A stretch of 63,891 bases of DNA, filler included, from Octopus bimaculoides (Eukaryota), in assembly GCF_001194135.2 (NCBI RefSeq). It is 8 parts of 6 records of this genome, joined end to end, with 100 filler letters (N's around TTAATTAATTAA, not from the genome) between each part and the next. Parts side by side here need not be neighbours in the genome. Positions count along the whole stretch, not along the records: positions 1 to 18,870 come from NC_068984.1; positions 18,971 to 36,711 come from NC_068983.1; 6 more parts are not named here. One strand, written 5' to 3'. The number at the start of each line of letters is the position of its first letter. Position 1 is the stretch's first letter. Below, piece after piece: positions 11,861 through 22,879 of the stretch. Made by a program: the position numbers and the translations under genes. The notes under the pieces are model-generated. The model saw only the letters and a program-made list of their open reading frames with translations, was not told where the DNA came from and ran no database searches.

Positions 11861-13571
11861 AACAAACACTTAGCATACCTGTAATAGAAGTAATACAGTC
11901 ACCTCCACAAATTCCACTTCAATCACCTTCGTCATTATTACCATCTCCTTCAGCAGCGCCAGAAGTAGTATTGATTGAGAGCAAAATAGAATAGAATTGA
12001 AAAGATGGAACAAACTTGAAGGAGCTAAAAAATTAGGCAATTCTAAATTAAATACCTAGTAATTACCTGGTTTCTTCTTACTTTAAGGTGTTTATTGAAT
12101 TTGTTAATTTGTTATCAAAGCTGAAGTAGTGAACAGGCATTTGTATTGAATTTTGATACATTCGAAGATGTACAATGAAGGAGTTCCTAATTATTCGCTT
12201 GGAATGCTCTAAATATCAGTTAGATCTGCCTCATATTACTCATATTACTCCCTAACTCAATCTTCATGATCTTGCGACAGAAAGGATCTCCCACCGACGA
12301 AAAAAAAATACTGGTAATCTTCGCATAGCAAGTTATAAACTACGGGGCACTGCGCATGGAACATTTTTCAAATGTTTTAAAGTTTGAAATTTAAAGATAA
12401 AAATGAAGACTAATGCTTACTTTGTTTTACTAGTCATGTTTGTGTGAAAATAAATTATGAAAAATATATTTTAGAAGCTCCCCCAAGCCAGTGTTAATAT
12501 GGATTTTCTAAGATCTTGTGTTGAAAAAAAATCTGCGGAGCAGCTTGGTACTTCTAGCCGCCTTAAAAAAAATAACAAAAATTGTCTGGTTCTAAAATAA
12601 TGACTACTTCTAATTACAATGTGTATAAGCAAAAAAGGAATACAGGAGGGCAACAACTAGAATGCCTTTGATCATAGTTCTAACTGATCAGAACTGACTT
12701 GGAGTTAACAAACAACAACAACAATGAACCAATGACCGGGCCTTGTGATTATGTTACTCTGAAGTAGTTAAGTTATCACGAATCTGGTACTTCGTACATG
12801 TAAGTAATGAACAATGAGTAAAAATTTTGCTTATCTTTGGGTTTCGTTGGATTATGTCGTTGAAACACATCACTCACCTTATTCACATAACTATTTCACT
12901 TTATAATTCATGAAAATCATGCTGGAATGTTTAGAAAGAATGTTAGAACACATACGTAATTTTTTGTAGACAAGATATATTGGTGTTTTATTCGTTTGAA
13001 CATAGAAATGCAAACTAGCAAATCACAATTTAGTTTGAAAGTGTATTATTCTAACAGAACTGAACTGCAGCAAAGTACTTCTGTTTACAACTAAGTACAC
13101 AGAGTCGGCAAAAGCTGAATAACTTTTTCATAGGTTCAGTTCATCACCGGTGATAGGATACAGAATATCGACCTTCCTTGTAAAACTGATTTGAATAGTT
13201 GTATGTGTAACTCACAATTTGGCAAGATACTGCACCTGTAAATCACTTTAGTCACAAAACAGGCTCACTATTTTCCCTTCTCAAACAAATTCTTGCAGTT
13301 TCAAATGGCAATTTATTGAAATTGGCCATTTGTGGCTCGAAAGTTAAAGAAGATGGTATGGTTGTTTCAACAACTAAATGAAATATTGGATGGTAATTTT
13401 GTTATAGTTTTCTGGTTCGGGCGATGTAAATAATAAACAGTGCAATACTTCAGGTTTCTAGTTTCTGCTACAGCTGTCAAAGTCCAGTCTGTGACATCCC
13501 ACAAATAAGTGGAGTACTATGATGAAGATTAATTGTGTTGGCATTAACAGACTGAGCTATTTATTCTCAGT

Positions 13572-13815
13572 ATAACTGAATGGTCAAGAAGTTTATTTCG
13601 TAATCCCGAGATCTAGGATTTGATCCCACAATGTAGCAGCTTCTATAAATTCCTCGAGTCACCTAAACTTTGTAAGTAAAATTTAGTAGCTGAAAACTGT
13701 AGAGAGTCATCGGGTTAATTCAAAGGACCAGACTTGTAACACTGTGTCACCCTGATTTTGCTCGAGAATTACATTAAGAATATATGTCTGCGGATTATTC
13801 AACCACGTTCAGGAA
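13572..13815 (+). mobile_element. Degraded chimeric SINE (family A head/core plus family B 3' domain)
   Basis: ~13575-13712 aligns by eye to SINE A (TGGTCAAGAAG...TTGTAAGTAAAATTTAGTAGCTGAAAACTG). ~13714-13810 aligns to the SINE B body (TAATTCAAAGGACCAGACTTGTAACACTGTGTCAC). Confidence 0.55.
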
Positions 13816-14629
13816 CGTGATCAAAACTATGTAAACCCATTTCTTAATTTACTTTTTGATAACTAATTAGAAAACGTGGCAATAACTAGTGCATTGAATG
13901 TATGAGTTTCATTACTATACTAAATCTACAATGGTTTAAGTTAGGATTTCTTTTGTTATGGTAAATACTATGGAGGAAGGGATATGATATATTGAAGTAA
14001 TTCTGGAATTTATTTTATCGATCTTCAGGGATGAAACTACAAATCAAACCAAGAGAGATTTGAACTTTGAAGAACAGAAGAGATGAAACGAAACACTCAA
14101 AGGCATTTAGTGCGGCGGCCTCACAATTTTCTTTTCGCAAAAAAGAAACAAACAAAGAACAAACAAAAACAAAAACAGAAATAACAACAGGAGCAGCAGC
14201 AATCCTTTTTCTTCCACTGATTTAGTTATGCTAATGTCGTTATGTAAATAATAATACAATCCTACTTCAAATGAACACATGTTGAGGAGGCAACATGTAG
14301 TCGGTGAACACACAGCTGCTGTCTTTTAATGACCAACTAAGAGCGCACAGAGAACATTATTTAATTTGTAAAATACACATTGTTCCCCACCCGCTTCTCT
14401 ATGTCTCTTTCTTTCGTTTCTTTCTATCTTACTCTCCCCCCCCCCTCTCTGTTCTTCCTTAGTTTCATTTTCATTCATTCATTCACTCTTCTTTATTACT
14501 TTCTCTTTCCAAATATACATGCTCGTACATATTCGTCTCTATGCACCCTTAATTATTTACATTGCACTGACAAGGCCCTTTACCTCACAACACATCAAAT
14601 ATTTTATTATTCGTCCTACCACCCCGCTA

Positions 14630-14855
14630 CAGTAATCCTTCGCCATATCGCGGTTCACCTATCGCGGTTCACCTACCGTGATTTATTATTTAAGCTTACG
14701 TCAATTCCTCCGTGGCGTTCTTTTGAATTTATATAAAATAAATATATACAAATTATAAAAGTAATAAAAAAAATGCACAGTACAGTACTGCGGATTTTCA
14801 CATATCACGTGGGGTGTCTTGGAATGTAACACCCGTGATAGTCGAGGAATTACTG
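14630..14855. mobile_element. pogo/Tigger-like MITE
   Basis: Imperfect TIRs CAGTAATCCTTCG...ATCGCG and CGTGATAGTCGAGGAATTACTG. TA on both sides (14628-29 and 14856-57). Confidence 0.75.
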
Positions 14856-15330
14856 TACTTTACTTATACTACTATACTTATACTACGCGTATTCTTTTTT
14901 CCTCTATCTTTCTTTATGTGTGTGTGTGCACCCGTATGCGTATGTATGTATGTATGTATGTATATATGTATGTATGTAAGTATGTATGTATACATGTATT
15001 TGTACGAATATATGTGTGTCTATGCATATTTCATGTTTGTGTGTGCTCGTCGTTTGGTTCCAGAGTCTGCTGTAACCAAGTAGTTATAATCAAATACATT
15101 CCAGCCTTGAAGATTCCGTCATTTTGAAAATTCCTAACTAGAAACGACTATGTGTCCATCAATTTTTTTGAGGATTTGGGGGAACTGTCTGAGAGAAGTT
15201 TGACTGGTATTTGCTATTGATCAAGTAATTACATGTAAGAGCCCTCACTGGTTCATGGAATGTGCGTGTGCGTGTGCGTAAGCGTGACTCTGTACGTGCT
15301 TGTTTATGAGTGTGTGCGTGCCTGTGTGTG

Positions 15331-15746
15331 GAGGCACAGTGGCCCAGTGGTTAGGGCAGCGGACTCGCGGTCGTAGGATCGCGGTTTCGATTCCCAGATT
15401 GGGCGCTGTGAGTGTTTATTGAGCGAAAACACCTACTAAGGCTCCGGCAGGAGGTAGTGGCGAACCCTGCTGTACTCTTTCGCTACAACTTTCTCTCACT
15501 CTTATTTCCTGTTTCTGTTCTACTTGTATTTCGAAGGGCCAGCCTTGTCACACTCTGTGTCACGCTGAATATCCACGAGAACTACGTTAAGGGTACACGT
15601 GTCTGTGGAGTGCTCAGCCATTTGCACGTTAATTTNNNNNNNNNNGTGTCTGTGGAGTGCTCAGCCATTTGCACGTTAATTTCACGACCAGGCTGTTCCG
15701 TTGATCGGATCAACTGGAACCCTCGTCGTCGTAACCGACGGAGTGC
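15331..15746 (+). mobile_element. SINE family B inserted in a GT microsatellite
   Basis: tRNA-like head (TGGCCCAGTGGTTAG, GGTTTCGATTCCC). A 17-bp TSD GTGCGTGCCTGTGTGTG lies at 15314-15330 and 15743-15759. Internal 10-N gap with a duplicated flank. Confidence 0.9.
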
Positions 15747-16080
15747 GTGCCTGTGTGTGTGTGTGCGTGCGTCTGTATGTGTATGTGTGTGTGCGTGTGC
15801 TTGTCCATGTGTGTATGTGCGTGTGTATATGGGTATGTGTGTGCGTGCGTGTGTCTATGCGTGTGCGTTGTGTATATGTGTGTGTACGTGTGAGTATCTG
15901 TGTGTGTATCTGTGTGTGTGTGTGTGTAATTATTTGAATAAATGTTTAAATGCATATGTAAATAGTGGCACACAGTCACACTTATGTAAATTAATCTAGT
16001 AAATTATAAATAATCATGTCAAATTACAAGAAAAAAAATGCATATGAAATATATAAAATTAGTTAACTGAATGAACTATG

Positions 16081-16380
16081 CTTTGTATTTATTTCGGTTA
16101 CATATATATATATATATATATATATATGGGTGTGTGTGTATGTGTGTGTATATAAATATATATGTATGTATATATATATATATATATATGTATACATATA
16201 TATATATATATACAAAGTATGTGTTTATATATATATATGTGTATGTATATATATATACAAAATATATATATGTATACATATCTATATATGTATATATATA
16301 TATGTGTGTGTGACTGTGTATATGTACGTGCGTATGTACTTATGCATACGCACATATGATCGCGTATACACACGTATGTA
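16081..16380. repeat. (TA)n/(TG)n compound microsatellite
   Basis: Direct; source of the Y/I-rich ORFs. Confidence 0.9.
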
Positions 16381-16888
16381 TAGAAGAGTTGCACTATTAC
16401 GATGTGTTAAATCCATTTTACATGGCGATATGGAAAGATTGTGGAAATATTGTTAAACAAATTTTTTCCATTTTAAAATCCATAATGTGTGACATAGAGA
16501 TAAAATAGCAATTGACAGAGTAGTCAGAACGTTGAATAGAATTCCTTGCAATATTTGTTCTAGCACCCTACCTTGAGAATCCTGAACAATCATTTGAGGT
16601 CCTGTGCTTATTTAAAATTCGAAAAATTCTCTAGAACATGTCAGCCGTAAATCATGAAACTGTTGATACGTGTTTTGTTTTGGTTCCTTGTATCTAATTA
16701 AATGTTAAAATTGTTAAGTTTTCAATTTTTAATTTCCCTATATGTCTTGAAAATGTTGTGGTGTTTCTCTTTTCGTTTCGTAAAGATGAAATGTGGTTTT
16801 AGCAGTCCTATTGAAATTCTTCTGAGTCATTCTTACGTAATATGTTGTAGTGATATCATTATTATTATAATTGAATATATTTGAGTAT

Positions 16889-17103
16889 AAGGCAGTGAGC
16901 TGGCAGAACCATTAGCGCGCCGGATAAAATGCATAGTAGTATTTCTGCCGGCTTTTTATGTTCTGAATTTCAATTCTGCCGAGGTTGACTTTGCCTTTCA
17001 TCCTTTCTTGGATGATAAAATAAATATTAGTTAAGCACTAGGGTCGACTAGCCCCCACTCCTCCCAAATTTCAGAGCCTGTTCCTATAGTAGAAAAGATT
17101 ATA
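16889..17103 (+). mobile_element. SINE family C
   Basis: GGCAGTGAGCTGGCAGAA head, GCCTTTCATCCTT body, AGTAGAAAAGATT tail. Confidence 0.85.
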
Positions 17104-17164
17104 TTTTGGTATAGGTTAGCTGAATAAATTATTGCATTTGTAGTGTAGATTTGTCTGTATGGTA

Positions 17165-17900
17165 TTTTATTTGACTTCTGTCTTTCAGAAAGACATGCAG
17201 TTTCTCCCCTTGCTTTCCAGCGACACCCATGTCACGAAATTCGTGGCAAATTTACTTTTCGCTAGATGAACAGTTTATCTAGCATTCAGTCGTAACTCTG
17301 TAGTAACTCTGTGAGACAGTTTCTGACCAGGAGAAAACCTTGTTACTACAATTCTTCAGAATCATAATCAGTTTCTATTTGAATATTATTTCCATAAATT
17401 TGCTGATATGTAAAGGCAGACATATAGACCTGTAATGTTTATTGTGCCTGCTTTGCTTTTCCCTTATAGACAGAGCATATATTTTATTTAAGTTTTGAGA
17501 GAATTAAATCATTTTCCAGAATGCTTTGGATAAGTAACTGAAGTGGATTGAGTAAGGTTGTTTTTATGAATTTTAGGAGCATACTAAGAGAGCCATCAAT
17601 GCTTGCTGTTGAGTGTATATTCGTTCTGTTTATGACGGCTCTTGCGACAACTATATCTATGTCATTGAAAGACGCAACTTCTCTATGTAATACTGTTATA
17701 TTGAAAACATTCTATTGAGTTAGTAATTAACTCATGAAGACGTTGAAATTTTCACTTGTGATCTGCTTCCTTCAAACGATGGCCCTTTTCAGTGGTCCAT
17801 GCAGTCTGCTTGTTTTGTAAAGCTCTAGACAAATTCAGGTTCGATATATTTTCTACAGCGCATATTTCATTCTATTCCCTTTCTCTTATCAGTGCCTGTG
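17165..17900 (-). mobile_element. Highly degraded CR1/L2-group LINE RT fragment (same family as 69-1860)
   Basis: The reverse complement aligns by eye to the other copies, e.g. CTGCATGTCTTTCTGAAAGACAGAAGTCA versus TTACATGACTTTCTGAAAGATAGAAGTCA at ~740-768. No open frame left. Confidence 0.65.
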
Positions 17901-18827
17901 AACAGCAGTTTAACTGGTTCCATTTGTTTTCAGTTATATGTTTATTTAAATCATTTGAGACCCATTTCCTTTGTCCCACGAAAATATTCCAGCATCAGGA
18001 ATTATTTTATCATTTTTTATTTTTGACTGCCGTCGAAATATCTTATTGGGAAATGTTTAATGCTTATATCTTACCTTATTGACAGAAATTATCTCAGTTG
18101 CATGAAAACCTACTGGCGTTAATGATGTGTGTCATTAAGTCAAAAGCTAATATAACTAGTTTACCTTATTTACATTTTTGTACTTGCTTACCTATTTAAA
18201 AAGTTGAACTTTCTAGTGTCAGTATTAAATGTTATTTCAAAATATTGTATCAATATCAAAGTATTCGTTTAGTTAATAAATATAAAAGGAATCGTAGCTA
18301 TTGCATTTGTAAAAGATTTTATGTAAGCTCACATACGATTCGCGTACAAATCCTTTGAATCATATATCAAACTGTCTAATGGAAATAACTATACTGAAAT
18401 ATTTCATTATCGAATTATATGTGAGTGTAATTCTATTTAACAGTATCTAACGAAATAGTTTTACTAACATAAAGGGGATATAATTACATATCTGTTTAGT
18501 TATTACAGGACATTTTTAATGCAAAACTGTTCTCTTAATTTCCTCAAGTACGAACATGTTTTTCCATCTATAAATATATGTTTAGATATATTATACATTT
18601 ACAAATACGAAGTATATGAAAAGATCAGTTAATGTAAACAACTATGTAAGTTTTACTCCTTTAATCTTTTACCCAGATTTAACTATATAAGGTTTTATTA
18701 TATGCTACAGCAGCAACAAAATATTGTACATTACACGAAGCATATCTTAATTTCTAGATCTAATAAATATTTAGGTATCAGAGTCCGCATATGTAATCAC
18801 GCATATATTTTACGTTACATACTTTTA

Positions 18828-18870
<43 letters not shown>

Positions 18871-18970
18871 NNNNNNNNNNNNNNNNNNNNNNNNNNNNNN
18901 NNNNNNNNNNNNNNTTAATTAATTAANNNNNNNNNNNNNNNNNNNNNNNNNNNNNNNNNNNNNNNNNNNN
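18871..18970. other. Artificial 100-bp scaffold spacer N44-TTAATTAATTAA-N44
   Basis: The same construct has its 12-mer at 18915-18926, 36756-36767, 42556-42567, 52588-52599, 56299-56310, 60923-60934 and 62108-62119. The 12-mer contains stops in all six frames. Confidence 0.95.
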
Positions 18971-19220
18971 CTGGCTTGTGCGGGTGGCACATAAAAGACA
19001 CCATTTCGAGCGTGGCCGTTTTCGTGCGGGTGACACGTAAAAGCACCCACTACACTCTCTGAGTGGTTGGCGTTAGGAAGGGCATCCAGCTGTAGAAACT
19101 CTGCCAAATTAGATTGGAGCCTGGTGTTGCCATCCGGTTTCACCAGTCCTAAGTCAAATCGTCCAACCCATGCTAGCATGGAAAGCGGACGTTAAACGAT
19201 GATGATGATGATGATGATGA
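18971..19220 (+). mobile_element. Retroposon 3' end with (GAT)n tail (probable RTE 3'UTR or RTE-dependent SINE tail)
   Basis: Tandem GTGCGGGTG(G/A)CAC(A/G)TAAAAG units, GAGTGGTTGGCGTTAGGAAGGGCATCCAGC, and an end at GGACGTTAAAC(GAT)n. The RTE link is inferred. Confidence 0.7.
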
Positions 19221-19338
19221 TATATATATGTATATGTATGTATGTATATATATATGTATATATATACATATACACACATATATATATATATATGTATATA
19301 TATGTATATATATGTATGTATGTATATGTATTCATATC

Positions 19339-19371
<33 letters not shown>

Positions 19372-19481
19372 TACTTTATTTATTGTGTTGTCCTTGTGGG
19401 TTTTATATCAAAGACTGTAGATATAAGCACTTTATAGGTGCAAAACCAATGGTCACTCTATGACTGGCCATAACTTTTAAT

Positions 19482-19644
19482 GCAGGCGTGTGGTAAGAAG
19501 CTTGCTTCCCAACCACATGGTCCCTGGTTCAAACTCACTGCATGGCACCTTGGGCAAGTGTCTTCTACTGCAACCTTGGGTCAACCAAAATCTTGTGAGT
19601 GGATTTGGTAGATGGAAACTGAAAAGAAACCTATTGTGTATACA

Positions 19645-19695
<51 letters not shown>
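19482..19695 (+). mobile_element. SINE family A, head and core ending in microsatellite/gap
   Basis: GTGTGGTAAGAAGCTTGCTT...GGTTCAAACTC...CCTTGGGCAAGTGTCTTCTAC...GTGAGTGGATTTGGTAGA. Confidence 0.85.
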
Positions 19696-19747
19696 NNNNN
19701 NNNNNGTATTAGTAATTTGAAAATTAGAAAGAAATAATCTATATATA

Positions 19748-20174
19748 GGCGTAGGAGTGGCTGTGTGGTAAGTAGCATGCTTACGAATCACATGGTTCCG
19801 GGTTCAGTCCCACTGAGTGGCACGTGGGGCAATTGTCTTCTACTATAGCCTCGGGCCGACCAAAGCTTTGTGAGTGGATTTGGTAGACGGAAACTGAAAG
19901 AAGCCCATTGTATATATGTATATATATATGTATGTGTGTATATATGTTTGTGTGTCTGTTTGTTCCCCCCCACCACCACCGACATCGCTTCACAACCAAT
20001 GCTGGTGTGTTTACCTCCCCGTAACTTAGCAGTTCAGCAAAAATGACAGATAGAATAAGTACTAGGCTTACAATGAATAAGTCCCGAGGTCGATTTTCTC
20101 GACTAAAGGCGGTGCTCCAGCATGGCCGCAGTCAAATGACCGAAACAAGTAAAAGAGTAAAAGAGTAAAGAGTA
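19748..20174 (+). mobile_element. Full-length SINE family A (tRNA head, CORE-like domain, internal (TA/TG)n, 3' domain, LINE-derived tail)
   Basis: A-box TGGCTGTGTGGTAA, B-box GGTTCAGTCCC, internal microsatellite at ~19912-19950, and tail GGCGGTGCTCCAGCATGGCCGCAGTCAAATGACCGAAACAAG followed by (TAAAAGAG)n. Confidence 0.9.
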
Positions 20175-20177
20175 TAG

Positions 20178-20415
20178 TTCATCATCATCGTTTAACGTCT
20201 GCTCTCCATGCTGCCATGGGTTGAATGGTTTTGACAGGAGCTGGCCAGTTGAAGAGTTACCTAGGCTCCATGTCTGCTTTGGCTTGATGCCCTTCCTAAT
20301 GCCAACCACTTTACAGAGTGTACTGATTGCGTTTACAGAGCACCAGCATGCATACCTTTAAATGGCACTGGTACAGGTGCTTTTTATGTGGCATCAGTAC
20401 CCACGAGTTCACAAG
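20178..20415 (-). mobile_element. Degraded copy of the (GAT)n-tailed retroposon 3' end
   Basis: Reverse complement of the 18971-19220 type (TCATCATCATCGTTTAACGTC..., GATGCCCTTCCTAATGCCAACCAC). Confidence 0.7.
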
Positions 20416-21094
20416 ATTGGGAAAGCTCAGTTGGAGAAGGATGCAGGAGACATTTTGCAAGGGCAGCCTCGTTCTAATAATTTAAAAAGTAACAAATATA
20501 TTGAAAATGATTCTAATATTATGATATATATTTACAAACTTATTTAAATGTAGCTTTATTGGTTAAAATATAAATGAATTATATTAAAATCCTGAGCCAA
20601 CGAGGAAGGGATCAAGTGGTCATGCGACCTGTTAGAAATAGCTGTCCAAGGACACAAGACGATGTAGTCTAAGATAGACAGAATAAAAACCAGCATGATC
20701 ACCAGTGCAAAAACGTTTGTCTGCTGGATCAAAGTCAAATGGAGTTAATGCAACATCAGTTTCAATTTTACGTATTATTCGCAACACTGTTATAAATATG
20801 GAAATTGATAGACCTAGAACGTCTGGTGGAAAGATTGACAGCTCGCATCAAACACGTTCATTATTTTTTATAAGTGCAATTATATTACGGTAAAAAGTAA
20901 GAATTAACTGGAATAATGGTGGTAACAATTTAGAATAACTGGTGCATGGGAAATAACTCCTGAATTTTTGTGTCGTAAGAGTTATGTCTCTTTGACCATT
21001 AAGTTGATCTGATCTAAAAAAAAAAAAATATTTCACTTTCGTTTTTGCTTTGTAAAATTCTTTGTGAAATGGTGCATAGAAATATGAGTATTTT

Positions 21095-22346
21095 TGAAAG
21101 GTCATGTTGTCCGATTTTACCTTTTTAAAAATTGAATGAAATTTAATAGTATTTTAGAATGTCTAATGGAATGAAAAATTATTTTTATGCATTTGTGTAC
21201 ATTTAAACTAATTAAATATTATTTTACAGAATAATAGAATTAAAATTTCTTTGATTAAAACCCTTTCTAACATGGAAGTATCCAAAGAACATTTAAGGCA
21301 CATAATGCTTTATGAATACAAAAAAGGGAAACTCTGCGACTGAAGTGACTCGAAACATACACTCAGTTTATGGGAAGAATGCTTGAATGAACGAACTTGC
21401 AGAAGATGGTTTGCAAAATTCAGAAGTGGAGATTTCAGCCTTGAAGATGAAGATCGAACAGGACATCCAGTTGAGTTTAATGATAAGCCCCTTGAGGCAT
21501 TACTTGAAGAAACTTCTGCATTATCAGTTGAAGAATTGGCAATAAAGCTTAGTTCAAACCATACAACTGTTCATCGTCGTCTTCAATAACTTGGAAAGGT
21601 TCCTAAACTTGGAAAATGGGTGCCTCATGAATTGTCCGAAAGCAATCGCAAATCTCGAGTTGACATCTACTCTTCTCTCCATCCTCGCGAACTCATTTCA
21701 TCCTTTTTGGATAGACTTGTAACTGGTGACGAAAAACGGATCTTGTATCGAAGTGTTGAACGTCGTAAACAGTGGCTTGGTAAAAGGGAAAAAGCTCAAC
21801 CACCACCAAGAAGGGAACTTCATGGAAAAAAGGTTCTTCTCTCTATCTGGTGGGATTGCAAAGGAGTAATTTACTTTGAATTGTTACCACCTAATGCAAC
21901 AATCAAGGCTCAAGTCTACTGTCAGCAATTAGAGCGTTTGAAGAAAAAAAGACCCGCTTTAGTGAATCGAAAAGGAGTGATGTTTCATCAGGACAATGTG
22001 CGACCCACACTGCAAAGATCACATCACAGAAGATCGAAGATCTTGGTTGGAAAAAAATTCCTCATCCATCTTATTCTCCCGACCTTGCTCCTTCAGACTA
22101 TCATTTGTTTCGTAGTTTACAGAATCATTTGGGGGACAACTTTCGCAAGCCAGGAGGAGGTCGAAATTGACATTTCAGAGTTCTTCGCTTTGAAACCAAA
22201 AGAGTTTTACATTGATAAGATTAAAAAGCTTGTAAATAGATGGAAGAAAGTTATAGATAATCAAATTAAATTTCAATTAAATATAACATTTGATCGCTTG
22301 TTTTCTTTATTCAAAATTCGGACAGAACTTATGGGATGACCTGATA
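21095..22346 (+). mobile_element. Mariner (DD34D) transposon, defective
   Basis: ATG at 21272 (MEVSKEHLRHIMLYEY). Motifs RWFAKFRSGDFSLED, WVPHEL, VTGDEK, WWDCKGVI and HQDN, then after a frameshift YSPDLAPSDYHLF. Right TIR CGGACAGAACTTATGGGATGACCTGA followed by TA at 22345-46. The left TIR is only partly preserved (~21098-21115). Confidence 0.93.
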
Positions 22347-22879
22347 CCTTGAGAAACTCATCCTACTTCACACAAAAATCCAGTGTTCCCACCACTCCCA
22401 GCAATTACTAGATTATCAATTGGATGAATAAGTCAAGAGAAGAAATTATCTCAGGAGTTGTTCATTGTCTGCTGATCTACCTTGAAAGTCTAAGAATTCT
22501 AATTCTTGATATCAGTCCAGTATTTAATACGCGTGTACCAATTCGTTTTGAAGATTCAACTGCTGGTCTAAGCTGGTTCTTTTACCGGAACCAACTGCTG
22601 GTTCTTTTACAAATTGTTGTATGAGTCTGTTACATTAGGAACTGTATTTCCTGTATTACTCTGAGCAGTGGAGAACCACATAGATGTATGCTAGATCTCT
22701 ATCTACAGTTCAAGTTACCAGGCATCATTACAGTGTTATAACCGATCACTAAGAAGGCTGTCTACGGTGCCACATTTAGCGATTTCTTGTACTCTCTTAC
22801 TTTTTCTTTTACTTTATTTTTAATTTGCTGTTTTCTGGAGGAATAAGTAGTGTCCATGTACTTATCCGGGCTTCAAAGA

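Noticed and set aside
11692-11995. About 100 open codons, Ser/Asn-rich, ending SIPVIEVIQSPPQIPLQSPSSLLPSPSAAPEVVLIESKIE*
   Set aside because: No start codon or clear acceptor, and most of it is decayed trinucleotide repeat in which stop-free frames are expected.
15412-15999. Recurrent MFIERKHL.../MVANPAVLF... ORFs as a multigene family
   Set aside because: They are chance frames within SINE B copies, with frameshifts between copies.
17165-18100. Multiple AG/GT splice-like signals suggesting host exons
   Set aside because: The region aligns to the LINE RT family on the minus strand, which explains the sequence.
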